64,000 nt of DNA from positions 27,153 through 91,152 of the IMG/VR virus record IMGVR_UViG_3300027851_000016; one strand, 5' to 3'. The notes under the pieces are model-generated. The model saw only the letters and a list, made by a program, of their open reading frames with translations. It was not told the DNA's origin and ran no database searches. How positions within the stretch are numbered: position 1 is the stretch's first letter; the number at the start of each line of letters is the position of its first letter. This document shows, one piece after another, positions 17,564 through 27,132 of the stretch. The translations under genes and the position numbers were made by a program. This DNA is from a virus.

Positions 17564-18793
17564 ATGACTGCGCACATTGCAGGGCGGGACAGCACGGGGG
17601 TCTTCGGACCGTTCCTGCGCGAGAGGGTCACGAGTGGTTTCCCCGTAATCACGACTGACCACGCGCTGATTCACGAGGGGATTGCGTTCACGCAGGCTGG
17701 TGTCCTGACTGTGGCGAACGGCAAGGACGCATCGGTGAGGGTCACCGCTCCTGGTCGGACTGGTGTGAAGGCCAGTACGGTCGTGGACATGACCAACGCC
17801 AACGCTGACCTGACCTACGAAGCGGTTGAGGCGGGGCCAGAAGGAAACGACCTGACGGTTACGCATGTTGACCCAGGTGTGAGCGGGTCCCCGATTGCGG
17901 TGTCAGTTAGCGGGGAGGCCATCACGGTCTCGCTGGAGACGGCACCTGATGTGCCCGCGACCCTGGATGCGGCTGGCATGCTGTTCACGGCAGTGCCCGT
18001 CGGTGTGCTTGGCAACGCGGTGAGTGTCGTGCTCGCGGCTGCGGTACCGAACCAGGCGTTCTCGGTCGCGGTGGTTGGGCAGAAAGTCACGGTGAACCTC
18101 GCCACGAACGCCTCGACTGTCATCACGTCCACGAAGGAGGATGTCGCGGTAGGAATCGCTGCGACTCCCGCTGCGGCTGCTCTCGTTGTAGCCTCTGACG
18201 GCACTGGACTGCTGATGGCTCTGGCAGAGACTTCGCTCGCTGGTGGGTCTGATGGTGGAGCTATCGTCTCGACTGCCAATGACGTGAAGGCTGCGGTCGA
18301 AGTGGACTTGGTCTCGATGGGCATGGTCAGTGTCACGGTAGAGGGCACTGGTCTTGGTGTGGTAAATGCCAAGGCGGTCCAGTCGCTGAGTGGCGGCACG
18401 TCTCCAGTGTACGTGCACCTCAAGCCCATAGGTGTCCAGGCGACTGGTCAGGCAATCGTGACCCTGTACGAGGAGGCGACGGTCACTGGCACTGAGACCG
18501 CAGTCGAGCCTCGCAACAGGAACCGCTTCGTCGCGGGTGTGGAGGGCGACGACAGCAGCGTCCAGGTACGTACCTGCGTGGATGCCACGTTCGGTGCGAC
18601 AACGATTGACCTCGATTCGGTCATCGTCCCTGGTGGCGGGCAGGGTGCCACGAGAATCGGTGGCGCTGTGGACCAGGCTGAGGAGTGGGTGCTCGACCCT
18701 GGCAAGGACTACGTCATGAAGCTGGACAACACGGCGGGTGCTGAGAACAAGATTGCGTACTCGCTGCTCTGGTATGAAGAGGAAAGCGCGTAG
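17564..18793 (+). CDS. Virion structural protein with two nested beta-sandwich inserts
   Basis: Ala/Val/Gly/Thr-rich; internal duplication; position after portal. Confidence 0.7.
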   Translation: MTAHIAGRDSTGVFGPFLRERVTSGFPVITTDHALIHEGIAFTQAGVLTVANGKDASVRVTAPGRTGVKASTVVDMTNANADLTYEAVEAGPEGNDLTVTHVDPGVSGSPIAVSVSGEAITVSLETAPDVPATLDAAGMLFTAVPVGVLGNAVSVVLAAAVPNQAFSVAVVGQKVTVNLATNASTVITSTKEDVAVGIAATPAAAALVVASDGTGLLMALAETSLAGGSDGGAIVSTANDVKAAVEVDLVSMGMVSVTVEGTGLGVVNAKAVQSLSGGTSPVYVHLKPIGVQATGQAIVTLYEEATVTGTETAVEPRNRNRFVAGVEGDDSSVQVRTCVDATFGATTIDLDSVIVPGGGQGATRIGGAVDQAEEWVLDPGKDYVMKLDNTAGAENKIAYSLLWYEEESA

Positions 18794-18817
18794 GCTGAGT
18801 AGCGGAGAGGACCTGAC

Positions 18818-18982
18818 ATGGCGTTCGAAGTGAAGGCAAAGCCCAAGACCGTGGTGATGGCAAAGGTCATCCATGCAGATGGAAGCGTCACGGACTTGGG
18901 GGTCCTGAAGAAGAGGAATCCGCTCAGCCGCTTTGTGCACAAGGTGGCGATGGCTCTAAGGAGGAGCAATGCCAACGAGTGA
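18818..18982 (+). CDS. Small basic protein
   Basis: GAGGA SD; 54 aa. Confidence 0.5.
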   Translation: MAFEVKAKPKTVVMAKVIHADGSVTDLGVLKKRNPLSRFVHKVAMALRRSNANE

Positions 18983-19325
18983 TGCCTATACGTCAGCAGG
19001 CGAGGCCAAGGTCATCGACCTGATGGATACCGTCACGTGGTACGCAGGAGTAGGAATCGGGACGACCGCTGCAGCCAAGACCGACACCGCCCTCGGTAAC
19101 ACGACGGGATGCCCCGCACGGGTAGCGACCACAGACACGCAGCCGACCGAGGACAAGCTCCAGATGGTGGCGCTGTTCTCGTTCACGTCCGCTCTGGCAA
19201 TCACGGAGCTGGGCATCTTCGACACGGCCTCGAATGGTACGCTGCTCCAGCGGCACGTCTTCGACCCCATCAACACGGTCAACGGTGACAGCATCCAGTT
19301 CACGACTCTGCACGAACAGGCGTAG
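18969..19325 (+). CDS. Virion structural protein (fibre-anchor type)
   Basis: GVGIGTTAAAKTDTAL...ITELGIFDTASNGTLL pattern. Confidence 0.7.
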   Translation: MPTSDAYTSAGEAKVIDLMDTVTWYAGVGIGTTAAAKTDTALGNTTGCPARVATTDTQPTEDKLQMVALFSFTSALAITELGIFDTASNGTLLQRHVFDPINTVNGDSIQFTTLHEQA

Positions 19326-19331
19326 CCCACG

Positions 19332-20657
19332 ATGGGCGTGGCACCGAACAGCCCCGTAGCGGACTGGGTGGTCCAGCCGCGAGGAGACCACTACGGTACG
19401 TTCGTGAACCAGGTCGGTGGCGGGGATGCCACCGTCACACGAACGACCCCGAAGACCATCTACGACCCGACAGATGGTCTGATTCATGACGTTCCCGCTG
19501 GCTCGTTGGCGGTGAACCCGTGGAGTGCGTACCAGACGGGCGGCGTGGGCTACGCAGCAGTCATCGAGGAAGCACGCACCAACTACCTGACGAACAGCTA
19601 CGGGGCAGCGAACGCTAGCAACATGTGGACTGGCTGGGTGTGGTCTGGCGTGTCCCCAGTCACGCGGAGCATTGTTGCTGGTGTGTACGGGAGCACGGCG
19701 CAACGCATTGTGTACGACGGAGTTGCTGCTGCGTCTGCCGCGACACTCCAGTTCCAACAGACGACGGCTGCTGGCACGTTCGCAGCAGCTGAAACTGCGA
19801 TGGGTACGATGTGGCTGAAAGGTTCACGGGTAGGTTGTACCGCAGAACTGCATCTCATCGCATGGAACTCTGGAGGTTCGTACCTCGGCGGAGCACAGGT
19901 GGCTGTGGTGCCTACCGTTGGGTGGTCACGGTTCTCGCTGGCTTACGCAAGCCTGCCAGCGAACACCTCGCATGTATTGTTCATGCTGAAGCTCAGTGGT
20001 ATCGACACGGGCGACACGTATGACTTAGCCTTCGACGCTTGCCAGCTCGAAAAGAGCAGCGCACAATATCCAGGTGCTACTTCGTACATTCCGACGACGA
20101 CGGTTACAGCTACAAGAGACCTGGATAGAGTGCTAGTTCCGACCGCTGGGTGGTCGAATGGTACTGGTATGACCTTGCTGGTAGTCTCTGATGGGACTAG
20201 ACCAGGCACTTTCTATGGGAACCTGCTTGAACCGTCGTACAATACAGACAACCGTCTGCGGGTGTCACGTAGTGCTAGCGCGGTGTCTGCGGGTGCCCAG
20301 GTGGGCGGGGTGGGGTACATAGCCGCAATAGCGAAGGCTGGTGCCTGTGTAGCAGTAGGACGGTTCCAGGTGGGTGCCCCTGTCTCTGTCTTTGCGGATG
20401 GTGCGCGCGCCGACTCAGCAGCTTCACTTGCGTCTATGCCACCTATGGCGATATCAGCGTCTTTGGGCGGTGGCTCTATGTCGTTTGTTCCGCTTGGTGG
20501 TCCTGTAGCACGTGCTACCGTCTACGACACCGCGCTCACCGACGAGCAACTCGCAGCCGTTGACATGACCACCGACCTGTTGAACGGGAATGCGAGTATC
20601 GTGTACGAGAAGAGCGTTGGTGTGGTCTCGTCCGTCAAGTTCATGCCGAGAGGATAG
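19332..20657 (+). CDS. Virion fibre/adhesin with CBM-like and LamG-like domains, paralog A
   Basis: EEARTNYL, QLEK..ATSYIPTTT..TR, YDTALTDEQL. Confidence 0.75.
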   Translation: MGVAPNSPVADWVVQPRGDHYGTFVNQVGGGDATVTRTTPKTIYDPTDGLIHDVPAGSLAVNPWSAYQTGGVGYAAVIEEARTNYLTNSYGAANASNMWTGWVWSGVSPVTRSIVAGVYGSTAQRIVYDGVAAASAATLQFQQTTAAGTFAAAETAMGTMWLKGSRVGCTAELHLIAWNSGGSYLGGAQVAVVPTVGWSRFSLAYASLPANTSHVLFMLKLSGIDTGDTYDLAFDACQLEKSSAQYPGATSYIPTTTVTATRDLDRVLVPTAGWSNGTGMTLLVVSDGTRPGTFYGNLLEPSYNTDNRLRVSRSASAVSAGAQVGGVGYIAAIAKAGACVAVGRFQVGAPVSVFADGARADSAASLASMPPMAISASLGGGSMSFVPLGGPVARATVYDTALTDEQLAAVDMTTDLLNGNASIVYEKSVGVVSSVKFMPRG

Positions 20658-20660
20658 AAG

Positions 20661-20975
20661 ATGCGCAGATACGTGTTCCTTGCAGAGTTCGCCTCGCCGC
20701 AGGAGGGGCCTGACTGCACTCCGATTGCACCGTTCGACAAGGTCGAGGTCGTGCAAGGAGAGGGCAGTGTGTACCCGCCTGCGCCTGCGAACATGTGCCT
20801 GGTCTCGGTGGAGTGCCAGGAGCACACGATTCTGCAGGACCTCGTGGTGAACGATGACCCGATGTGGCCCACGCAGAGGGCACTGCTCCTCGCACCGCTA
20901 GAAGAGGCGATGGAAGCGGCACGAGTCCAGATGGCTGAGTTGTATCCGTTTGTGGGGGTGGAGGACTATGCCTAA
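20661..20975 (+). CDS. Hypothetical protein
   Basis: ORF with SD within the structural operon. Confidence 0.6.
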   Translation: MRRYVFLAEFASPQEGPDCTPIAPFDKVEVVQGEGSVYPPAPANMCLVSVECQEHTILQDLVVNDDPMWPTQRALLLAPLEEAMEAARVQMAELYPFVGVEDYA

Positions 20976-21120
20976 GAAGGTTCCTGATAGCCTGCCCAAG
21001 AAGGCCAAGAGCGATACCGACTCCGCGTACATCGACAAGGTGTTCAAGTCCTTGTACAAGGGCCAGAACCGTAGGAAGTTGAAGGCACCGAAGCCACCGA
21101 AGGCAGAGGACCGTGGGTAG
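20968..21120 (+). CDS. Small Lys/Pro-rich protein
   Basis: GGAGGA SD; 50 aa, strongly basic. Confidence 0.5.
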   Translation: MPKKVPDSLPKKAKSDTDSAYIDKVFKSLYKGQNRRKLKAPKPPKAEDRG

Positions 21121-22897
21121 CCCAGCACCATATGCTCCTGTAGCCGACTGGGTCGTCCGTCAGACGGGGGACCACTGTGGCGACTACGTAGACCTCGTCA
21201 CGGGGCAGACGTGCACGATTACGAGGACGACCCCGAAGACGATATACGACCCAGCAACGGGGCGGATTCACGATGTCCCCGCTGGGAAGCTGGCCGTGAA
21301 CCCGTGGTCTGCGTACAAGAGCGGTGGGATTGGCTACGCAGCGATTCCTGAAGAGGCCAGAACGAACTACCTGTTGCATAGCTGGTTCGATGTGGACAGC
21401 AACGGGGATGGGCGTGCTGACAGCTGGAGTGTCATGCACAACGCGGGGACTGGTACGTACGCACAGGCCCTGGTCGAGGGCGTGTACCGTAACGGGCAGT
21501 CGATTAGGTTGCTGACGGGGTCTGGGTACCAGATTGGATTGTCTCAGTCCAGTGCAGTAGGCACCTTCGCGGCGGGGGAGACAGCAACGTTCTCCGCGTA
21601 TATTGGTGGCACGATAGCGGGTGCGTCTGCGCTGCTCCAGTTGCGTGCGTTCAGCAGCACAGCTGTCCAGCTGGGTGTTGTGAACGGAAACACGCTCGCT
21701 GTGACTGCAACGCCAACGCTGTTCTCGCAGGCGTATGCAAGTCTGCCAGCAGGAACGTCCTATGTCCTGGTAGCTGTGGTGCTGACCAACTTCAACACTG
21801 GAGATGTTACTGATGTCGTCGTGTCGGCAGCCCAGCTGGAGAAGGGTGCGTTCTCGACTTCGTACATTCCGACGACGACTGCGGCTGTGGCTAGGGCTGC
21901 TGACAACGTAACGATACCGACTACGGGGTGGACCCCGTCCACGGGTACGATGATGGGTGTTGTTGGTGCGGGAGTCATGCCAACAGCGAACTACGTTCTG
22001 ATGTGGAGAAAAGACTCAAGCAACTTCGTCGGACTTCAGACTACGTATGCGTACGCTGGCGGTGGTACACGAATCGTGTATTACGGCGCTGGCAACGTAG
22101 CAGCATCTGGGTACAAGATTCTCGCAAACCCGTCACCGTGGGTGCTCGCAGGTAAGTGGACGGCAGGTTCACCCGCCTACGGGTACTTGAATGGCTCGGT
22201 GAGTACAGGCTCAGTGAACACGTATCTGTCGGATGTTGTGGGGGTGTCCGCACGTGTAGGCAGCTACGATGGTGGTGTGTACCACTTCCACGGGCCGATA
22301 GAACGACTCGTTGTCTATGACAAAGCGCTCTCTGATGCTCAGCTGGCAACGACTGCACTGACGACTGACCTCCTGAATGGAATCGAGTATCGACCGAGCG
22401 TACAGTTCCAGATGACCACGACCAGAAGCAAGGTGGCGGCTGCGGTCCCCTCGGTAACGAAGCATACCAGGCGGCTCGTGTCCCGTACGGGAACGGGAAC
22501 ACCGTCAGTCACGAAGCAGACGAGACGGACAGTCGGAGTCGTAACCGCAGCGCAGTTGTCTGTTGCCCGAAAGACCTTCCGTACTGTTAGGATTGCATCA
22601 GCAGCGGTCGTCGGTGTGGCTCAGCGGAGCATGACGCGGCTGCTGGGTATCGTTTCGAGTACGGTCGTGTCCAAGAATGCGCAAACGTCACGGGCACTCG
22701 GTGTGGTCGGGACTGGCACAGCAAGCAAGGGTGCCACGGTCGTGCACAGGACGCTTCAGGCGGTCGCGCACGGGTTGGCAAGCATGAGGTTCATCCTGCC
22801 GAACACGTACAGGTGGCTCGTCGGACTCGCTGTGGTCTCTGGCCTCAAGCGCACTGACGTGGATGAAAGCCGTAAGGAGGTCGATGTCGAGTGCTGA
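21113..22897 (+). CDS. Virion fibre/adhesin with CBM-like and LamG-like domains, paralog B
   Basis: N-terminus closely similar to 19332-20657; C-terminal basic repeats (PSVTKxTRR). Confidence 0.75.
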   Translation: MGSPAPYAPVADWVVRQTGDHCGDYVDLVTGQTCTITRTTPKTIYDPATGRIHDVPAGKLAVNPWSAYKSGGIGYAAIPEEARTNYLLHSWFDVDSNGDGRADSWSVMHNAGTGTYAQALVEGVYRNGQSIRLLTGSGYQIGLSQSSAVGTFAAGETATFSAYIGGTIAGASALLQLRAFSSTAVQLGVVNGNTLAVTATPTLFSQAYASLPAGTSYVLVAVVLTNFNTGDVTDVVVSAAQLEKGAFSTSYIPTTTAAVARAADNVTIPTTGWTPSTGTMMGVVGAGVMPTANYVLMWRKDSSNFVGLQTTYAYAGGGTRIVYYGAGNVAASGYKILANPSPWVLAGKWTAGSPAYGYLNGSVSTGSVNTYLSDVVGVSARVGSYDGGVYHFHGPIERLVVYDKALSDAQLATTALTTDLLNGIEYRPSVQFQMTTTRSKVAAAVPSVTKHTRRLVSRTGTGTPSVTKQTRRTVGVVTAAQLSVARKTFRTVRIASAAVVGVAQRSMTRLLGIVSSTVVSKNAQTSRALGVVGTGTASKGATVVHRTLQAVAHGLASMRFILPNTYRWLVGLAVVSGLKRTDVDESRKEVDVEC

Positions 22898-23223
22898 ACA
22901 GTGAGTTCTTCATAGGGCAGGGGGACACGAAGGACCCGATTCGTGTGACCGTGTACCACGAGTACACGAACACGCCCGTGAACCTGGCGGGATTGACTGT
23001 CACGTTCTCGATGGTCACCGACCTCGGTGCTGTCATCGTTGACGACCAGCCAGCTGTCATCGACGGTCTCACGTCGGATGGCAAGGTGTACTACGAGTGG
23101 CAGGATGGGGATACGGACATCGCGGGGGATTTCAGAGGACGGTTCAAGTTCACGGACCAGTTCGGCAAGGTGTTCTCGGCCCCGAACGAGGGCTACATCG
23201 CGGTGCACGTCACGAAGTTCTGA
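22891..23223 (+). CDS. BppU-like structural protein
   Basis: QGDT, PVNLAG, GKVYYEWQDGDTDIAG pattern. Confidence 0.65.
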   Translation: MLNSEFFIGQGDTKDPIRVTVYHEYTNTPVNLAGLTVTFSMVTDLGAVIVDDQPAVIDGLTSDGKVYYEWQDGDTDIAGDFRGRFKFTDQFGKVFSAPNEGYIAVHVTKF

Positions 23224-23234
23224 GAGGACAGCAC

Positions 23235-24446
23235 ATGTACATGAAGGTCGGAGCACACTGGTACGAGGTCCTGGTCGAGAAGACCGTGGATGACCTTGAC
23301 CCTGAGTACGTCAAGAAGGTGCTTGGACAGAAGCGGTTCGACCCGCTTGGTTCGAGGGTGAACCCGAAGAGCCGTGGCAGTCGTGCGCAGGTCTCCGCTG
23401 AGAAACAGGTCGTGGCTGCATACACGAAGGGGATGCGTCCGCTATCACCGAAGGCCGAGTACGACAAGGCCCGTGCAGCGTGGGTAGCGTACAAGAAAGG
23501 ATTGAACAGTCAGCTGCAGGACTTGGTTGTTGCGCTGCAGGGTGGTACCCTCACGGAGAAGGGGTTTCTGAGTAAAGCACAGGCGCTCCTTCGAGCGGGG
23601 TATGAGAGGGCGTATAGACTTGGAACCGACGCGGGTGGGATGGGGGCGTTCAAGCTCCCCGCAGAGGACCTGGCGTGGCTCGCGAGAGCAAGACGTGCAG
23701 AGTATCGGTTCCTTGACAAGTTCGCCCGTGACATCGTCCAGGGCAAAGGGTCGATGTCGTATCGAGACCGAGCATCCATGTACGTCGATTCGATGGACGG
23801 GATGTTCGACGCGGGCAGGATAGACGCGTACCCGTCGGAGGGGACCCTCATCTACTGGGAGTTGTCGGCGGCGGAGAGTTGCGGGGACTGCATCGACCTG
23901 GCGATAAACAGCCCGTACACGCCTGATGAGCTTCCGACGACCCCGAGGGCTGGCGGGACAGCGTGTCTGAGCCACTGCCAGTGCTCGCTTCGTGTGCGGT
24001 ACGTCCCACCGACGAAGATGGACCTCGAAATCAGAAGGGTCAGTCCAGACGCGGCGCGTAAGTTGGGACTCGCTTTCGTAACAGCAACTTCCCTCGCGTT
24101 GCTGCTGAAACCGAAGGATATGGCTCCGAGCAAAGGGGGTGACCCGAGTTCTGCTAGCGGACTGGACATGGATTACGATGGCGAAGAGTCTGTCGCCGTG
24201 CTCGACTGGAACAAGCTGGATGAGATGTTGTCAGCGTTGGCCAAGTTGAGGATGCTGGAGCGGTATGAACCGTCCGAGCATCGGCTCCACGAGGAGCTGC
24301 ATGAGAACGACAGGTTCGCTGAGGCAAGTAAGTCGCTGCCTACGTGGTTGGACCCGTTCAGTCGGGAGGTCTACGTGTGGCACGCCATCGGTACACGTGT
24401 GCTGGAGCATGTAGGCCAAGAGATGCCCGAGGAGGTGAAGATGTAG
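23235..24446 (+). CDS. MuF/gp7-like minor head protein with C-terminal extension
   Basis: YWELSAAESCGDC...PRAGGTACLSHCQC. Confidence 0.7.
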   Translation: MYMKVGAHWYEVLVEKTVDDLDPEYVKKVLGQKRFDPLGSRVNPKSRGSRAQVSAEKQVVAAYTKGMRPLSPKAEYDKARAAWVAYKKGLNSQLQDLVVALQGGTLTEKGFLSKAQALLRAGYERAYRLGTDAGGMGAFKLPAEDLAWLARARRAEYRFLDKFARDIVQGKGSMSYRDRASMYVDSMDGMFDAGRIDAYPSEGTLIYWELSAAESCGDCIDLAINSPYTPDELPTTPRAGGTACLSHCQCSLRVRYVPPTKMDLEIRRVSPDAARKLGLAFVTATSLALLLKPKDMAPSKGGDPSSASGLDMDYDGEESVAVLDWNKLDEMLSALAKLRMLERYEPSEHRLHEELHENDRFAEASKSLPTWLDPFSREVYVWHAIGTRVLEHVGQEMPEEVKM

Positions 24447-24449
24447 CCA

Positions 24450-25667
24450 ATGGGAACCAGTAAGAGTACAGCACTCATCGAACAGCCGCTGTTCGAGGCT
24501 CTGCAGCTTGTCGAAGCGTCCGAGGAGGACCTGTACAAGCTGTTGACCATCCGTGGTACCGCCAGCAAGGGCGGGCACGTGAACCAGAACGGCAGGCTGT
24601 ACCCGACCTCGGTGTTGGCCAAGGTCGTGGAGAAGGCACAGAGTGACATCGCCAAGGGCAAGCTCTTGGGTGAGCTGGACCACCCGCCCGACAAGGGGAC
24701 GCTCAGCAGAGCGGCGGTCAAGTTCACGGCCCTCTGGATGGAGGGTGACGACATGCTCTTCGAGGGGCATGTCCTGCCGACACCCGATGGGGAGCGTCTC
24801 GCGATGCTTCTTCGTGCAGGGGTCGGAGTCGGGATTTCCACGCGCGGCTACGGGTCGTTGCGGCCTGTGGACTATCCTGATGGTACAGTGTATGAAGTAC
24901 AGCCCGACTACGAGATGAAGGGCATCGACTGTGTACTTGAGCAGTCGAACGAGTTCGGTACCGTAGCGAGCTTCGAGCACATCGAAGGAGGTAGTGAGGA
25001 CATGGACCTGGACACCCTGAAGAAGGACCACCCCGAGCTTGTCGAAGCGCTCCGTAAGGAGATTGAGGACACGCTCAAGGAGTCCACGGAAGACCAGCAG
25101 AAGGAGTTCGAGCTGAAGGTCTCCCAGGCAATCGAGGAGAAGAAGGAAGAGTTCATGGCCGAGGCGAAGAGCCTTGTCATGGAGTCGGACGAGGTCAAGG
25201 GACCGAAGGCCATCATCGAGGCCATCATCGAGGCCCTGAAGCCCATGCTCCCCGAGGCCAAGTCGGTCGAGGAGCTTGACGCGGACCTGCGCAAGGAGAA
25301 CGAGGGCCTTGTGGCACAGGTCGAGTCGCTTCAGACCCAGAACCAGGCGCTCACCGAGGCTGCGGCAAAGGCTGAGGCTGAGGTAGAGCGTCAGGCCATC
25401 GCAGAAGCCGTCGCCGCCAAGGTGGACGAGCTTGTCGAGGGTCATCGCTTCGCGGACAAGCTCCGCACCCGCCTTGTTGACTGCACGTCGGTCGAGGCGG
25501 TCGAAGAGGCGTTCAAGCGCGAGGCAGAGTTCATCGCTTCGCTGGTCGAGGACACCAAGCCGCCTGCGGGCGAGGGCACGGTTCTCGATGAGGACGAGGA
25601 CGGACAGAACAAGGGCAAGGCACTGACCGAGGCCGAGCAGCGCCAGCGGGCGCTCGCAGGCATCTAG
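24450..25667 (+). CDS. Prohead protease (T4 gp21-like) fused to a coiled-coil scaffold
   Basis: NQNGRLYP, LGELDHP, GISTRGYGSL; acidic helical C-terminal half. Confidence 0.9.
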   Translation: MGTSKSTALIEQPLFEALQLVEASEEDLYKLLTIRGTASKGGHVNQNGRLYPTSVLAKVVEKAQSDIAKGKLLGELDHPPDKGTLSRAAVKFTALWMEGDDMLFEGHVLPTPDGERLAMLLRAGVGVGISTRGYGSLRPVDYPDGTVYEVQPDYEMKGIDCVLEQSNEFGTVASFEHIEGGSEDMDLDTLKKDHPELVEALRKEIEDTLKESTEDQQKEFELKVSQAIEEKKEEFMAEAKSLVMESDEVKGPKAIIEAIIEALKPMLPEAKSVEELDADLRKENEGLVAQVESLQTQNQALTEAAAKAEAEVERQAIAEAVAAKVDELVEGHRFADKLRTRLVDCTSVEAVEEAFKREAEFIASLVEDTKPPAGEGTVLDEDEDGQNKGKALTEAEQRQRALAGI

Positions 25668-25690
25668 TCCCTGAAGGAGGGAAGCAGCAA

Positions 25691-27034
25691 ATGGACCTCA
25701 GAGAGATGATGACCAAGCAGGAGCCGTCCTTCCTGGTCGAGGACAAGCAGCGGCGTGGCCGTTGGGCGAACCTGACCGAGGGTCTGGACGACTACAAGCG
25801 GCTTCAGCTGGAGACCATGTTCGAGAACGCTGCTCGTCAGGTCCTGTCGGAGGCATCCGATACGTCCGACGTGCAGGCGTTCACGACCTTCGGATTCCCG
25901 CTCATCCGCCGTGTGTTCCCGAACCTCATCGCCCAGGAGCTGGTCTCGGTTCAGCCAATGACCATGCCGACGGCGCTGGTGTTCTTCCTCGACTTCGTCT
26001 ATGGCACCACGATTCGTGGTACCTCGGCGGGGACGAGCATCGCGGACTCGATTCAGGCGGGCACGTACAACCCGTTCTACGCTGGCGGTCTCGTCCGTGG
26101 CGTGTACGTCGGTACTGGCGATGGCAACGATGTCACGTTCAACCTGCCGACTGGCACGTACCCCATCGCGGCGAACAGCCAGACCATCTATGTTGATGGT
26201 GTGGCCAAGGTCGAGACGACCGACTACAGCATCAACGACACGACTGGTGCCATCGACTTCACCGCTGGCGGCGCGCCTGCTGCTGGTGCGGTCATCACCG
26301 CCGACGCATCGCTCACGACTCCGACCGAGGGTGGGGACAACATCCCCGAGCTGGACTTCACCATGACCTCCGAGTCGGTCACCGCTGAGACCAAGAAGCT
26401 CAAGGCCAAGTGGACCCTGGAGTCGCAGCAGGACCTGCTCGCGTACCACGGTGTCAACGCCGAGACCGAGCTTCTCGCTGTGCTCGCTGACGAGATTCGT
26501 CGCGAGATTGACCGTCAGATTGTGAACGACCTGTTCACCATCGCGTCGGCTGGCAACGTGAACTGGTCGAAGACCATTCCCGCTGGCTACGACGGTTCGC
26601 AGCGCGAGTGGGACATGAGCATCTTCGAGGCGCTCATCGACGCGAACACGCTCATCTACAAGCGTCGGTTCCGCAACGCGACCTTCTGCGTGGCTGACCC
26701 TGACGTGTGTGCTCGCTTCGAGAAGCTCGATGGTTTCGTGGAAGTTCCGCGTGACTGGTCGGGCAATGCGGGCCAGGGCATCGAGAAGTTCGGTGTCATC
26801 AAGAACCGCTTCACGGTGTACAAGGACCCGATGGCCCCTGCGAACAAGATTCTCATGGGTCACAAGGGTGCGTCCATGTTCGAGACGGGCTATGTCTACG
26901 CCCCGTACGTCCCGCTGTACACGACTCCCGTGTTCATGGACCCGAACGACATGACCCCGCGCCGCTCGGTCATGAGCCGCTACGCACGCAAGCCGCTCAT
27001 CACCGACATGTACTCGACCATCACCCTGACCTAG
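25691..27034 (+). CDS. Major capsid protein, T4 gp23-like
   Basis: IRRVFPNLIAQELVSVQPM, KLKAKWTLESQQDL, EIDRQI, GYVYAPYVPL, MSRY. Confidence 0.95.
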   Translation: MDLREMMTKQEPSFLVEDKQRRGRWANLTEGLDDYKRLQLETMFENAARQVLSEASDTSDVQAFTTFGFPLIRRVFPNLIAQELVSVQPMTMPTALVFFLDFVYGTTIRGTSAGTSIADSIQAGTYNPFYAGGLVRGVYVGTGDGNDVTFNLPTGTYPIAANSQTIYVDGVAKVETTDYSINDTTGAIDFTAGGAPAAGAVITADASLTTPTEGGDNIPELDFTMTSESVTAETKKLKAKWTLESQQDLLAYHGVNAETELLAVLADEIRREIDRQIVNDLFTIASAGNVNWSKTIPAGYDGSQREWDMSIFEALIDANTLIYKRRFRNATFCVADPDVCARFEKLDGFVEVPRDWSGNAGQGIEKFGVIKNRFTVYKDPMAPANKILMGHKGASMFETGYVYAPYVPLYTTPVFMDPNDMTPRRSVMSRYARKPLITDMYSTITLT

Positions 27035-27132
27035 AGCCAGGGCAAGTAAGACCAGCACCCGTTTGTAGTAGTCGGGGGCGGATTGCAGCGTGAAGGGTGC
27101 CACGCCGAGTCCGCTCCAAGAGAGGAGTCCAG

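Noticed and set aside
17564-18793. Contractile tail sheath gene
   Set aside because: Only the accessory-type modules are seen, with no sheath core, and the tail module is sipho-like.
19332-22897. Diversity-generating retroelement TR/VR pair
   Set aside because: No RT, and differences between the paralogs are not adenine-specific.
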